A stretch of 52,128 nucleotides of DNA, from contig JAAZNB010000476.1 of assembly GCA_012798515.1 (NCBI GenBank), positions 1 through 52,128 on the forward strand, in the 5' to 3' direction. Each line of letters starts with the position of its first letter. Positions within the stretch are counted from its first letter, which is position 1. Under the pieces are notes generated by a model, which was not told the origin of the DNA, made no database searches, and worked only from the letters and a program-made list of their open reading frames with translations. Shown here piece by piece: positions 36,975-46,744 of this stretch. The DNA is from Chloroflexota bacterium (GTDB lineage Bacteria > Chloroflexota > Anaerolineae > Anaerolineales > Anaerolineaceae). Made by a program: the position numbers and the translations under genes.

Positions 36975-37757
36975 ATGGAAAAGATTCGCTTAGACGTATT
37001 GCTAACCGAGCGGGGCCTGGCCGACAGCAGGGCCCTGGCTCAACGCCTGGTCATGGCCGGCCAGGTGCGCGTGAACGGGCAGGTGGTCATCAAACCGGCA
37101 TCCAAGATCCTGGCTACGGACGAATTGAGCGTGGACCATGGCCCGCGTTACGTTTCTCGTGGGGGCGAAAAGCTTGAAGGCGCCCTGGTGGCGTTCGACC
37201 TGCTGGACCTGCAAGACAAGGTGTGCGCCGACGTAGGCGCCTCGACCGGCGGTTTCACGGACTGCCTGTTACAGCACGGCGCCAGAAAGGTCTACGCCAT
37301 CGACGTCGGTTATGGTGTGTTACATTGGAAGCTGCGTAATGACCCGCGCGTGGTGTCGATGGAACGTACCAATGCCCGTTTCGTGGGATCCTTCCCGGAA
37401 GCTATCGAGCTGGTCACCATCGATGCTTCTTTTATTTCTTTGAAAGTCCTGCTACCGGTGGCACGCGGTTGGTTCACCGGCGGCGGCCGGCTGGTGGCGT
37501 TGATCAAGCCGCAGTTCGAAGCCGGACGGGCTGAAGCCGCCAGGGGAGAGGGCGTGATCCGCGATGCGGCAGTCCACCGGCGGGTGCTGGAAGACGTACT
37601 GGCGGCGGCCGAAAAGGAAGGCTTTGGCATATTGGGCCTGGCGCGCTCTCCGCTGCTGGGGCCCAAAGGTAACGTCGAATTTTTGGCGCACCTGGCCTTC
37701 CCCGGGGAGCCGGTGGAGTCTATACCTGTGCTGATTGATGGAGTCTTAGAAGTTTGA
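36975..37757 (+). CDS. tlyA: TlyA family rRNA (cytidine-2'-O)-methyltransferase
   Basis: The ORF track starts at TTG 36954. The ATG at 36975 gives MEKIRLDVLLTERGLADSRALAQRLVMAGQVRVNGQ (S4 domain). It also has the FtsJ-like SAM motif CADVGASTGGFTDCLL and LIKPQFEAGR. Confidence 0.9.
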   Translation: MEKIRLDVLLTERGLADSRALAQRLVMAGQVRVNGQVVIKPASKILATDELSVDHGPRYVSRGGEKLEGALVAFDLLDLQDKVCADVGASTGGFTDCLLQHGARKVYAIDVGYGVLHWKLRNDPRVVSMERTNARFVGSFPEAIELVTIDASFISLKVLLPVARGWFTGGGRLVALIKPQFEAGRAEAARGEGVIRDAAVHRRVLEDVLAAAEKEGFGILGLARSPLLGPKGNVEFLAHLAFPGEPVESIPVLIDGVLEV

Positions 37758-37762
37758 TCTTC

Positions 37763-38491
37763 ATGGGAACGTCCGGTTTCTCCTATCGAGACTGGCGTGG
37801 AACGGTGTATCCGCCCGGATTACCGGCCGCGCAATGGCTGGGTTATTACGCCAACCTGTTACCCACCCTGGAACTGAATATAACTTTTTACCGTATCCCG
37901 GCGCTCAAGACGGTACGCAACTGGATCGGTCAGACGCCGGACGGATTTTTATTTTCTGTCAAGATGCTGCGCGGCTTGACCCACGCAAGAGATGGACAAC
38001 ATCTACCAGCATTTCTCCAGGCAATTGACCCGCTCCGTCAGGAGCACAGGTTGGCGGCGGTACTGGCCCAATTTCCGCCCTCGTTCCGGCCTGACCCGGC
38101 GAATCAAGATTACCTGCGCCGGTTGGTCGAGGAGATGGGAGACTGCCCGCTGGTGGTAGAAATGCGCCACCCGCAGTGGTTGGCGGAGGAAGGCCTGGCC
38201 ATGTTGGCCGGCCTGCCGGTGAGCCTGGGGTACGCGGATGACGCCAGATGGAAGAGCCGCATGGCTGGCTTGGATTTCCCGGCCCGGCCGGTGGGCTATG
38301 TGCGTTTTCACGGGCGGAACCCGCGTGTGCGGTACGATTATGCCTATTCTGGAGCGGAGTTGAAGGAATGGCTCCCACGTCTCACCCGGCTCGATCGAGA
38401 TTGTGCCCGCACCCTGGTGTATTTCAACAATTGCTACCGCGGCCAGGCGCTGGAATCGATTGCCATCTTGGCTAATCTTTTGACAATATAG
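37763..38491 (+). CDS. DUF72 (UPF0759) family protein
   Basis: It starts MGTSGFSYRDWRGTVYP, then has LELNITFYRIP, FLFSVKM, VVEMRH, YVRFHGRN and YFNN, the typical DUF72 TIM-barrel motif order. Confidence 0.88.
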   Translation: MGTSGFSYRDWRGTVYPPGLPAAQWLGYYANLLPTLELNITFYRIPALKTVRNWIGQTPDGFLFSVKMLRGLTHARDGQHLPAFLQAIDPLRQEHRLAAVLAQFPPSFRPDPANQDYLRRLVEEMGDCPLVVEMRHPQWLAEEGLAMLAGLPVSLGYADDARWKSRMAGLDFPARPVGYVRFHGRNPRVRYDYAYSGAELKEWLPRLTRLDRDCARTLVYFNNCYRGQALESIAILANLLTI

Positions 38492-38509
38492 GGTATACTT
38501 CTACCTGCT

Positions 38510-40309
38510 ATGGCGAAGGACGTCCGTAATTTTTGCATTATTGCCCACGTCGACCACGGGAAATCGACCCTGGCGGACCGTATGTTACAGCTGACGGGAA
38601 CCATCTCGGACCGTGAAATGGTAGCCCAGGTCCTGGATAGTATGGAACTGGAGCGCGAAAAGGGGGTCACCATCAAGGCATCGGCCGTACGTATGGCTTA
38701 TGCCGCCCAGGATGGGGTCACGTACGAACTGAACCTGATCGATACGCCTGGCCACGTGGATTTTAACTACGAAGTCAGCCGCGCTCTGGCAGCTTGCGAG
38801 GGCGCTTTATTAATTGTCGATGCAACCCAGGGTATTGAGGCGCAGACGCTGGCAAATCTATACCTGGCGCTCGAATCGGACCTGGTGATCATCCCGGTTA
38901 TTAATAAGATCGACCTGCCTTCTGCCCGCCCGGATGAGGTGGCTGAAGAATTGAGCAATTTACTGGGTTTCATCCCCGATGAGATCTTGAGAATATCTGC
39001 CAAAGATGGTTTGAACGTGGACCAGGTCCTGGAGACCATCGTCAGGCTGGTGCCGCCACCCCAGGGTGACCCGGACCTTCCCGTACGCGCCCTGATCTTC
39101 GATTCCCATTATGATTCGTATAAAGGCGTAATCGCATACATCCGTGTGGTAGAAGGCACGCTCAAAACCACGGATAATATTCGCCTGATGGCTTCCGGCG
39201 CGGTCGTGCGCCCGGTGGAGATTGGCGTTTTTTCACCGGATATGCGTCCGGTGGAGGTGCTGCGGGCGGGGGACGTGGGTTACATTGCTACCGGTTTGAA
39301 GACCGTCTCCGAGAGTCGCGTGGGAGACACGGTGACCCTGGCCGGCAATCCGGCCCAAAAGCCGTTGCCCGGTTACCAGCACGCCAAACCGATGGTGTTT
39401 GCCGGCATCTACCCGGTGGATGGTGAAGATTACCCCGACCTGCGTGATTCACTGGAAAAGCTACAACTAAATGACGCCGCGCTGGTCTTCGAGCCAGAGA
39501 CCTCGCAGGCGCTCAATTTTGGTTTCCGCTGCGGTTTCCTCGGCCTGTTCCATATGGAGATCATCCAGGAACGGCTCGAACGGGAATATGAGCTGGACAT
39601 CGTGGTGACGGCTCCCTCGGTTGAGTACGAGTTGCACATGTTGGACGGTGAGACCCTGCGGATCGATTCACCGGCACAGCTGCCGGATGAATCCACGATC
39701 GGTGAAATCCTCGAGCCCTGGATGAAGTTGCAGATCTTTACCCCAACCGATTATTACGGCACGATCATGGACCTGGTCACCAAACGCAGGGGGGTATATG
39801 TGGAACAGGAATTCCCGGCCCCCAACCGGGTGCAGCTCAGCTTCGAGATCCCGCTGCTGGAATTGATCGTGGATTTCTTCGACGCCTTAAAATCACGCAC
39901 CAAAGGTTATGCTTCGATGGATTACCAATTCCTGGAATATCGTCCGGGAAATTTGGTTAAATTGGAAGTTCTGGTCGGCGGTGAGCCGGTAGACGCCCTG
40001 GCCGCTATCGTGCACAAAGAGAACGCCTACCACAAAGGCCAGGCCTTAGTTACCAAGCTGAAAGAGCTGATCCCCAGGCAGCTGTACGACGTCGCGATCC
40101 AGGCTTCCTCTGGGGGCAGGATTATCTCGCGCGCCAACGTAAAGGCGCTGCGGAAAGATGTGCTGGCCAAATGTTATGGCGGCGACATCACCCGCAAGAA
40201 GAAACTGTTGGAAAAGCAAAAAAAGGGCAAGAGGCGCATGAAAATGGTTGGCAGTGTCGAGATTCCCCAAGAGGCATTCATGGCTGTGTTGCGTTTGGAG
40301 GATGAATAA
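38510..40309 (+). CDS. lepA: translation elongation factor 4 (LepA)
   Basis: 599 aa. It has [32 protein letters not shown], and the LepA-specific C-terminal domain ([25 protein letters not shown]). Confidence 0.97.
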   Translation: MAKDVRNFCIIAHVDHGKSTLADRMLQLTGTISDREMVAQVLDSMELEREKGVTIKASAVRMAYAAQDGVTYELNLIDTPGHVDFNYEVSRALAACEGALLIVDATQGIEAQTLANLYLALESDLVIIPVINKIDLPSARPDEVAEELSNLLGFIPDEILRISAKDGLNVDQVLETIVRLVPPPQGDPDLPVRALIFDSHYDSYKGVIAYIRVVEGTLKTTDNIRLMASGAVVRPVEIGVFSPDMRPVEVLRAGDVGYIATGLKTVSESRVGDTVTLAGNPAQKPLPGYQHAKPMVFAGIYPVDGEDYPDLRDSLEKLQLNDAALVFEPETSQALNFGFRCGFLGLFHMEIIQERLEREYELDIVVTAPSVEYELHMLDGETLRIDSPAQLPDESTIGEILEPWMKLQIFTPTDYYGTIMDLVTKRRGVYVEQEFPAPNRVQLSFEIPLLELIVDFFDALKSRTKGYASMDYQFLEYRPGNLVKLEVLVGGEPVDALAAIVHKENAYHKGQALVTKLKELIPRQLYDVAIQASSGGRIISRANVKALRKDVLAKCYGGDITRKKKLLEKQKKGKRRMKMVGSVEIPQEAFMAVLRLEDE

Positions 40310-40310
40310 G

Positions 40311-41315
40311 ATGAAAGCAGCTCAGCCATCTTCCTTCTGGAAAGGCGCCCGTCGCTGGCTCCCGGGTGTGGTCATCAGCATCGTGGCTTTGTTCCTGGTG
40401 TTCCGCCTGGCCAGCTGGCAGGACCTGTCTACGGCTTTCGAATCACTGCGCCTGTTGAACGTGGTGATTGCCGTAGCACTGACCTTGATTTCACTGGGAA
40501 CCCGTGCCCTGGCCTGGAGAATTACGCTGCGGGGAAAAGCCAGCCTGCGCCAGGCTTTCTTCATCATTAACGAAGGCTATTTACTAAACAATCTATTCCC
40601 GCTGCGCGCCGGTGAGTTTGGACGGGCGGTTTTCATGGGGCAGGCCAGCGGTATGGGGCCCTTCCACGTGCTCTCGACCATTGTCATCGAGCGCATCTTC
40701 GACCTGGCTATGGCAGCTACGCTGCTGTTGATCACTTTACCGTTGGCGTTGGGGATGGCCTGGGCACGCCCGGTCGCCATTGTTACCCTGATCCTGGTAG
40801 TGGTCGGGTTGGTCTTGATGTACCTGGCGGCGCGCTATAACCAGTGGGTCCAAGACTTTGTTAGCCGGCTGGGAGCGCGATGGCCGTTGGTCCAAAAGCA
40901 GGTCATCCCGCGCATCGGTTCGCTGTTGAACGGGCTGAGCGTCATCACCGATCCACTGCGTTTTCTGGCGGCTTTTTCTATGATCGCCATTTCGTGGGTC
41001 ATCTGGGTGGTTATTTACTACGTGATGTTGATCCCCATTGTGCCCCAGGCGCAGTTTTGGTGGGCGGCGTTTGCCGATGGTGTGTTGGCGTTGGGCATCG
41101 CCATTCCCTCGGCGCCGGCGGCGTTGGGCGTCTTCGAGGCGGCGCTGGTGGGGGCGCTCTCCCTGCTGGATGTAAACGTTTCGGCGGCCACAGCCTACGC
41201 CATCTCGATGCACTTCTTGCAGTTCGTCGTGACCGGGCTGCTGGGATTGTGGGGATTGGTGTTGGAAGGCCATTCGTTGTCAGCTGTCTTTTCACAGGCA
41301 AAATCACGAGAGTGA
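40311..41315 (+). CDS. UPF0104 / lysyl-PG-synthase-TM-type flippase-like membrane protein
   Basis: The ORF track starts at 40248 inside lepA. The ATG at 40311 lies 1 nt after the lepA stop. The protein is polytopic. The N-terminal WLPGVVISIVALFLVFRLASW...LRLLNVVIAVALTLISLGTRALAWR and the loop LFPLRAGEFGRAVFM match the family pattern (P.R.GE..R). Confidence 0.7.
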   Translation: MKAAQPSSFWKGARRWLPGVVISIVALFLVFRLASWQDLSTAFESLRLLNVVIAVALTLISLGTRALAWRITLRGKASLRQAFFIINEGYLLNNLFPLRAGEFGRAVFMGQASGMGPFHVLSTIVIERIFDLAMAATLLLITLPLALGMAWARPVAIVTLILVVVGLVLMYLAARYNQWVQDFVSRLGARWPLVQKQVIPRIGSLLNGLSVITDPLRFLAAFSMIAISWVIWVVIYYVMLIPIVPQAQFWWAAFADGVLALGIAIPSAPAALGVFEAALVGALSLLDVNVSAATAYAISMHFLQFVVTGLLGLWGLVLEGHSLSAVFSQAKSRE

Positions 41316-41351
41316 TCTCGGAGAAATACATATGAATGGAGCAGGTTTCGA

Positions 41352-42377
41352 ATGTCGAAACGCTTTCTGGTCACCGGAGGAGCCGGTTTTATCGGCTCGA
41401 ATTATGTTTCACGCCTGTTAAGGCGTGGTGAACAAGTTCACATCTACGACAATCTGTCGCGCCACGGGGCAGCGAAAAACCTGGCCTGGCTCGAAGAACA
41501 ATTTGGCAAAGACGCATTTCAGTTGACCACCGCGGACATCCGCGACGCCAGTGCTATCGCCGCAGCCGCGCATAACGTGGACGTCATCGTCCATCTGGCC
41601 GCCCAGGTGGCCGTCACGACCTCGGTCACCGACCCTCGCCCTGACTTCGAGATTAATGCCCAGGGCACGTTTAACGTGCTCGAGGCTGCCCGTGCAGCCG
41701 GTACACAGCCCATTGTGGTCTATGCTTCGACCAATAAAGTATATGGGGGTATGGAAGACGTACGCGTCGTCGAGGAAGCCGAGCGCTATCGCTACGCGGA
41801 TTACCCTGACGGGATTTCAGAGGCCATGCCCCTGGATTTTCATTCGCCGTATGGCTGCTCAAAAGGCAGCGGCGACCAGTACGTGCGCGATTATCACCGC
41901 ATCTACGACCTGCCTACCGTGGTCATGCGCCAGAGTTGTATCTATGGCCCGCGCCAGTTTGGCGTCGAGGACCAGGGCTGGGTGGCATGGTTTATGATCG
42001 CAGCCATCACCGGCAAACCGATCACCATTTATGGAGATGGCAAACAGGTCCGGGATGTGCTCTTCGTCGAAGACCTGCTGGACGCCTACGATCACGCCAT
42101 CGAACACATCGGTCAGGCTGCCGGCAACGTTTTCAACCTGGGCGGCGGCCCGGCGAACACCATCTCCATCTGGACCGAGTTCGGGCCGATCATCGAGCAG
42201 CTGGCTCATAAGGCCATCCCGGTGGGGCGCGGGGACTGGCGCCCGGGGGACCAGAAGATCTACGTCTCCGACATTGGCAAGGCTGCCCGCATTCTGGAGT
42301 GGAAACCGCGTTACAGCGTACAAGAGGGGATGCAGTGCCTGTTCGATTGGGTCAAGTCGAACCGCCAGTTGTTCTAG
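41352..42377 (+). CDS. NAD-dependent extended-SDR sugar epimerase, CDP-paratose/tyvelose 2-epimerase-like
   Basis: 341 aa. It has the Rossmann motif VTGGAGFIGSNY, STNKVYG, catalytic YGCSKGSGDQY and the subfamily-typical DQGWVAWF. Confidence 0.8.
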   Translation: MSKRFLVTGGAGFIGSNYVSRLLRRGEQVHIYDNLSRHGAAKNLAWLEEQFGKDAFQLTTADIRDASAIAAAAHNVDVIVHLAAQVAVTTSVTDPRPDFEINAQGTFNVLEAARAAGTQPIVVYASTNKVYGGMEDVRVVEEAERYRYADYPDGISEAMPLDFHSPYGCSKGSGDQYVRDYHRIYDLPTVVMRQSCIYGPRQFGVEDQGWVAWFMIAAITGKPITIYGDGKQVRDVLFVEDLLDAYDHAIEHIGQAAGNVFNLGGGPANTISIWTEFGPIIEQLAHKAIPVGRGDWRPGDQKIYVSDIGKAARILEWKPRYSVQEGMQCLFDWVKSNRQLF

Positions 42378-42386
42378 AGGGTCCGT

Positions 42387-43553
42387 ATGCGTATTTTGAT
42401 TGTGTTGACTTATTACCGCCCGCATACGAGCGGCTTGACTATTTATGCTGAACGCCTGGCCAAGGCCTTGGCCAGGCGTGGCCACCAGGTTACGGTTCTG
42501 ACTTCCCAGTACGATCAATCTCTTCCCGGTCAGGAGGTACAGGATGGGGTGCGCATCGTGCGCGTGCCGGTCCTGTTCCGGTTGAGCAAGGGTGTGATCA
42601 TGCCGACTTTTGGCATGATTGCCAACCGGCTGGTGCTCGAACACGACGTCATCCAATTGCACCTGCCCCAGTTTGACGCAGCCGGGGTGGCCATGCGTGG
42701 GCGCCTGTTGGGTAAGCCTACCGTGATTACTTATCACTGCGATCTGTTGATGCCGCCGGGACTGATGGCCTGGGCCGCCAACCGGGCGGTCGATTTGATG
42801 AACAACCTGGCAGCGCGTTACACGCACCGCTTTGTAACTTATACACGCGATTACGCCGAGCATTCACCTTACCTGCGGCGCTATCTGGATAAGCTGCACG
42901 TCATTCCACCGCCGGTAGAACTTCCGGAGGTCACGGCCGCTGAAGTGGCCGGCTTCTGTGAGCAGAACAATCCCCAAAAACGGCGACCGGTGATCGGGAT
43001 GGCGGCCCGCTTTGCCACGGAGAAGGGTGTGGAAGTGCTGCTCGACGCCATGCCGCGTCTGCTGGAGACTTTCCCGGACGCAATGGTTCAGTTTGCCGGC
43101 CCGTACCAGAACATCATCGGTGAAGAAAAGTATTACGAAAGGCTGATCCCCACCATCCGCCAATACGAAGCAGCCGGGAACTGGAAGTTCCTGGGGGTGC
43201 TGGATCCCGTCCAGATGGCCAAGTTTTATCCCAACCTGGACGTCCTGGTACTTTCCAGCCTCAATTCGACCGAAGCTTTTGGGTTGGTACAGATCGAGGC
43301 GATGCTCAACGGGGTTCCCTGCATTGCTTCGAATTTGCCGGGGGTACGGCAGCCGGTCTTGACACACAAGATGGGCAAGATCATCGACATTGGAGACTCT
43401 AAGGGGTTGACCCAGGCATTGATCGACGTTTTATCACATCCGGATGAGTATCACTCTGACCTCGAACCGATCCGAGACCGCTATCGACCAGACTCGATTG
43501 CAGTGGAATACGAGAAGTTGTTCCAGGCTATTCTGGATGAATTAAAAGAATGA
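42387..43553 (+). CDS. GT4-family (GT-B fold) glycosyltransferase
   Basis: 388 aa. It has MRILIVLTYYRPHTSGLTIYAERLAKALARRGHQVTVLT and the C-terminal E-x7-E region SSLNSTEAFGLVQIEAMLNGVPCIASN. Confidence 0.85.
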   Translation: MRILIVLTYYRPHTSGLTIYAERLAKALARRGHQVTVLTSQYDQSLPGQEVQDGVRIVRVPVLFRLSKGVIMPTFGMIANRLVLEHDVIQLHLPQFDAAGVAMRGRLLGKPTVITYHCDLLMPPGLMAWAANRAVDLMNNLAARYTHRFVTYTRDYAEHSPYLRRYLDKLHVIPPPVELPEVTAAEVAGFCEQNNPQKRRPVIGMAARFATEKGVEVLLDAMPRLLETFPDAMVQFAGPYQNIIGEEKYYERLIPTIRQYEAAGNWKFLGVLDPVQMAKFYPNLDVLVLSSLNSTEAFGLVQIEAMLNGVPCIASNLPGVRQPVLTHKMGKIIDIGDSKGLTQALIDVLSHPDEYHSDLEPIRDRYRPDSIAVEYEKLFQAILDELKE

Positions 43554-43592
43554 CCTGTTCTGGATTGGCACCATTCTATAAAGAAAGAGCCG

Positions 43593-44441
43593 GTGTTTAC
43601 CGTTTTGTCTGAAGAGCAAGGCAATCGCTTAGCGCAAAAAGATTTCTTGTGGCTGCATCTGCGCGACTTACCCTATTTTCGCGCTTTACTGCGGGCGGTC
43701 GAGTCTCGCTTTTACCAGTCCATCGAGCTGCCAGGGCCGGTCCTCGACGTGGGATGCGGGGATGGTTGTTTTGCTTCGATCACCTTCGAGCGCCCGTTGG
43801 ACGTCGGCATCGATCCCTGGGCCGATCCGATCCGGGAGGCTGTGCGTAGCAGCGGGTACGGCGCCGTTATCCAGGGCTATGGCAGTGACATGCCTTTCCC
43901 GGATGCCAGTTTTGGCAGTTGTATCAGCAACTCGGTACTGGAGCACATTCCCGAGCTGGACGCCGTACTGGCCGAGATTGGACGGGTTTTAACCCCGGGG
44001 GCTGTTTTTGTTTTCTGCGTCCCCAACCAACAATTCCTTAACAATCTTTCCGTCTCCACTTTTTTCGACCGGATGGGCTTAAAATGGTTGGGAGACAGAT
44101 ACCGTGCTTTCTTCAACCGGATCTCGCGGCACTATCACTGTGATTCGCCCGAAGTCTGGCAAGAGCGCCTGGAACGCGCCGGTTTTCGCCTGGAGCGTTG
44201 GTGGCATTACTTTTCCCCGGGCGCATTGCACGCGCTCGAATGGGGACATTACCTGGGGGTGCCGTCCTGGATCATGAAAAGGCTCAGCGGGCATTGGGTC
44301 CTTTTCCCCACCCGGTGGAACCTGGGCCTGACTCAAAGACTACTCCAACCGTATTATGACGAAGATCCTGAATGTGCGGATGGCTCTTACACGTTTTACA
44401 TTGCTTATCGCCAATCAGAGCCGGCCCCGCCGGTGAAATAG
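43593..44441 (+). CDS. class I SAM-dependent methyltransferase
   Basis: 282 aa from GTG 43593 (no earlier in-frame ATG). It has SAM motif I VLDVGCGDGCF, an acidic post-I residue (VGIDP) and the motif SNSVLEHIP...LTPGAVFVF. Confidence 0.75.
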   Translation: MFTVLSEEQGNRLAQKDFLWLHLRDLPYFRALLRAVESRFYQSIELPGPVLDVGCGDGCFASITFERPLDVGIDPWADPIREAVRSSGYGAVIQGYGSDMPFPDASFGSCISNSVLEHIPELDAVLAEIGRVLTPGAVFVFCVPNQQFLNNLSVSTFFDRMGLKWLGDRYRAFFNRISRHYHCDSPEVWQERLERAGFRLERWWHYFSPGALHALEWGHYLGVPSWIMKRLSGHWVLFPTRWNLGLTQRLLQPYYDEDPECADGSYTFYIAYRQSEPAPPVK

Positions 44442-44535
44442 AGCCCATCAGTGGGACCAGGAACAGGGTGGGCCTCTTTCACCGCAGGCTCGTGGTTACG
44501 TTTTGGATATAATATCAACAAAAAAGAGTGATGGT

Positions 44536-46686
44536 ATGGATGAACCCAGCGTCCTTGACTATATCAAAGCCAAGCTGCACCTGACTCACGAACAAATTGA
44601 AATCCCGTTGCAAGTGTCGCCTTCCGGCGACGGCAGCTCGAACGGTTCTTCCGAATTAATCGCTACCCAGACACCGGAAGACCAGGCAGCGCCTGGCACG
44701 GGTAAATGGTTTATCGCCCTGCCGGTGCGTCTGGTGCTGGCCATGTGTGCGGCCATTCTGGCCCAGGTGCTGCTGGAGCCGCCCCAACCGAGACTGCCCG
44801 TGGCCGTTGGTCTGTACGTTTTCTCGGCTGTGATGTGTGTGTGGGCGCTGTTGGACCAAAGTTGGACCCTGCCCGAGCTGGAAGAGAAACCGTTTACTTC
44901 CATGCCCATGGACATCCGCCGCAATCCCTTCCTGCTTTCGATCCCGCTGATTCTCGTTGCTTTTATCCTATTTACCGGCAATCGTTTTACTCCCCTGAAC
45001 ATGTTGGTATGGGGCCTGACCATTTTTCTGGTGCTGCGTTCTTTGTGGCTGCCGGGTGACCGGCCGTGGATCAAAGGGGCCCTGGACAAGGTGCGGGCCT
45101 TCGTACGCCACCCTGAAGTGCGCATCCATCTCTCCGGGTTCCAACTGCTGTTCATTTTGGTGGCCCTGGTGGCTATTTATTTCCGCTTTTCACAACTACC
45201 GCAGATCCCTGGAGAAATGTTCAGCGATCATGCCGAAAAGTTATTGGACGTCTCTGACGTTTTAAACGGGCAGACCTCGATTTTCTTCCCCCGCAACACC
45301 GGGCGGGAAGCCATCCAGATGTACCTGACGGCGACGATTGCAACGCTGCTCGGCACGGGGCTGTCTTTCATGAGCTTGAAGATCGGCACCGCCCTGGCCG
45401 GATTGTTCACATTGCCCTACATTTACCTGTTGGGCAAAGAGATCGGTAACCGCTGGGTGGGGCTGCTGGCATTCTTCATGGCGGGCATCGCGTACTGGCC
45501 GAACGTCATCTCGCGCATCGGTCTGCGTTTCCCCCTTTACCCGTTGTTCGCCGCTCCGTTCCTGTACTATTTAATCCGCGGCCTGAGAAATTCCAATCGC
45601 AATGATTTTATCCTGGCCGGCCTGGCGTTGGGGATTGGCCTGCACGGCTACAGCCCCATGCGCATCGTACCGTTTGTGGCTGTGGCGGCAGTCGCCATCT
45701 ACCTGTTGCACAAATCCTCTCGCGGCGGGCGTTGGCAGACCATCTTTGCCCTGGGCGCCCTGGCCTTTGTCTCCCTGGTGGTCTTTCTGCCTCTATTGCG
45801 CTACATGACCGAAGATCCGGACATGTTTGGCTACCGGGCATTCTCGCGTCTGGGCACTACGGAACGAGCCTTCCCGGGACCGGTGTGGTTGATCTTTCTG
45901 AGCAACCTGTGGAACGGGGTGACCATGTTCTTCTGGAAAGATGGCAACATCTGGGTGCACTCGATCACGAACCGGCCGGCGCTGGATGTAGTCACAGCGG
46001 CTTTCTTCTTCGTGGGTATCATTCTGTTGAGCGTACGTTACATCCGTAAACGTGACTGGCTGGATCTGTTCTTGATCCTATCCATCCCCTTGTTAATGAT
46101 GCCCTCGATCCTTTCGCTGGCCTTCCCGGACGAAAACCCCTCCCTCAACCGTACGGGTGGGGCGATCATCCCGGTTTTCATCATTGCGGCCATCGGAGTC
46201 GAAAGCGTGTTTGCGAATATCAATCGCAGCACCCGGACCCGCACCGGGAAAATGTTGGTGGGGGCCCTAGGGGTTACTCTGTTGGCGTGGACCACTTTTC
46301 AAAACTACGATCTGGTATTCCGCCAGTTCAAAACCCAGTTCTATGGCGGGGCGTGGAACACGACCCAGATTGGGCACGTGATCCGCTCGTTTGCTGATTC
46401 TGAAGGCGCCCTGGCGGACGCATTTGTGGTACCCTATCCCTATTGGGTGGATACGCGCGTGGTAGGAATCAATGCCGGAGATCCCTTGCGGGATTATGCG
46501 CTGTGGCCGGAAGATTTCGAGACCACGTTACCCGACAAAAATGCCAAGCTGTTTATCGTGAAGCCTGACAACACTGAAGCTCTGGCGAAACTCGAAGAGC
46601 TTTATCCCCAGGGATGGGTAAAATATTATAATTCGCCGCTGGAAGGTAAAGATTTCCTCGGCTTTTATGTGCCTCCCCAGTCTTGA
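44536..46686 (+). CDS. polytopic GT-C-like (PMT/ArnT-like) membrane protein
   Basis: The ORF track starts at TTG 44503; the first ATG is at 44536. It has about 12 or more hydrophobic helices. The first long loop after helix ...VALVAIYFRFSQL carries FSDHAEKLLDVSDVL (45226-45240), which parallels the acidic-loop region of both halves of the downstream giant protein. It has a soluble C-terminal domain (VVPYPYWVDTRVVG...LFIVKP...FYVPP). The GT-C assignment is an inference from architecture, not a recognised exact family match. Confidence 0.55.
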   Translation: MDEPSVLDYIKAKLHLTHEQIEIPLQVSPSGDGSSNGSSELIATQTPEDQAAPGTGKWFIALPVRLVLAMCAAILAQVLLEPPQPRLPVAVGLYVFSAVMCVWALLDQSWTLPELEEKPFTSMPMDIRRNPFLLSIPLILVAFILFTGNRFTPLNMLVWGLTIFLVLRSLWLPGDRPWIKGALDKVRAFVRHPEVRIHLSGFQLLFILVALVAIYFRFSQLPQIPGEMFSDHAEKLLDVSDVLNGQTSIFFPRNTGREAIQMYLTATIATLLGTGLSFMSLKIGTALAGLFTLPYIYLLGKEIGNRWVGLLAFFMAGIAYWPNVISRIGLRFPLYPLFAAPFLYYLIRGLRNSNRNDFILAGLALGIGLHGYSPMRIVPFVAVAAVAIYLLHKSSRGGRWQTIFALGALAFVSLVVFLPLLRYMTEDPDMFGYRAFSRLGTTERAFPGPVWLIFLSNLWNGVTMFFWKDGNIWVHSITNRPALDVVTAAFFFVGIILLSVRYIRKRDWLDLFLILSIPLLMMPSILSLAFPDENPSLNRTGGAIIPVFIIAAIGVESVFANINRSTRTRTGKMLVGALGVTLLAWTTFQNYDLVFRQFKTQFYGGAWNTTQIGHVIRSFADSEGALADAFVVPYPYWVDTRVVGINAGDPLRDYALWPEDFETTLPDKNAKLFIVKPDNTEALAKLEELYPQGWVKYYNSPLEGKDFLGFYVPPQS

Positions 46687-46744
46687 GCACTGGCGCACCC
46701 GACTGAAAACCATTTGATTCTCGTTTTGTGTCCGTAAATATTCT

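Noticed and set aside
36962-36977. TAAAAT lies 7 nt upstream of the tlyA ATG, suggesting a leaderless mRNA. A similar TACACT lies 6 nt upstream of the ATG at 20983.
   Set aside because: No acceptable -35 or TG extension accompanies either hexamer. An in-frame TTG at 36954 is an alternative start. This is too speculative without TSS data.
41345-41361. 7-bp hairpin GTTTCGA-atg-TCGAAAC with the start codon of the epimerase gene in its loop.
   Set aside because: It is short and AT-rich enough to be marginally stable, and the SD (GGAG at 41338-41341) is left free. It is probably coincidental.
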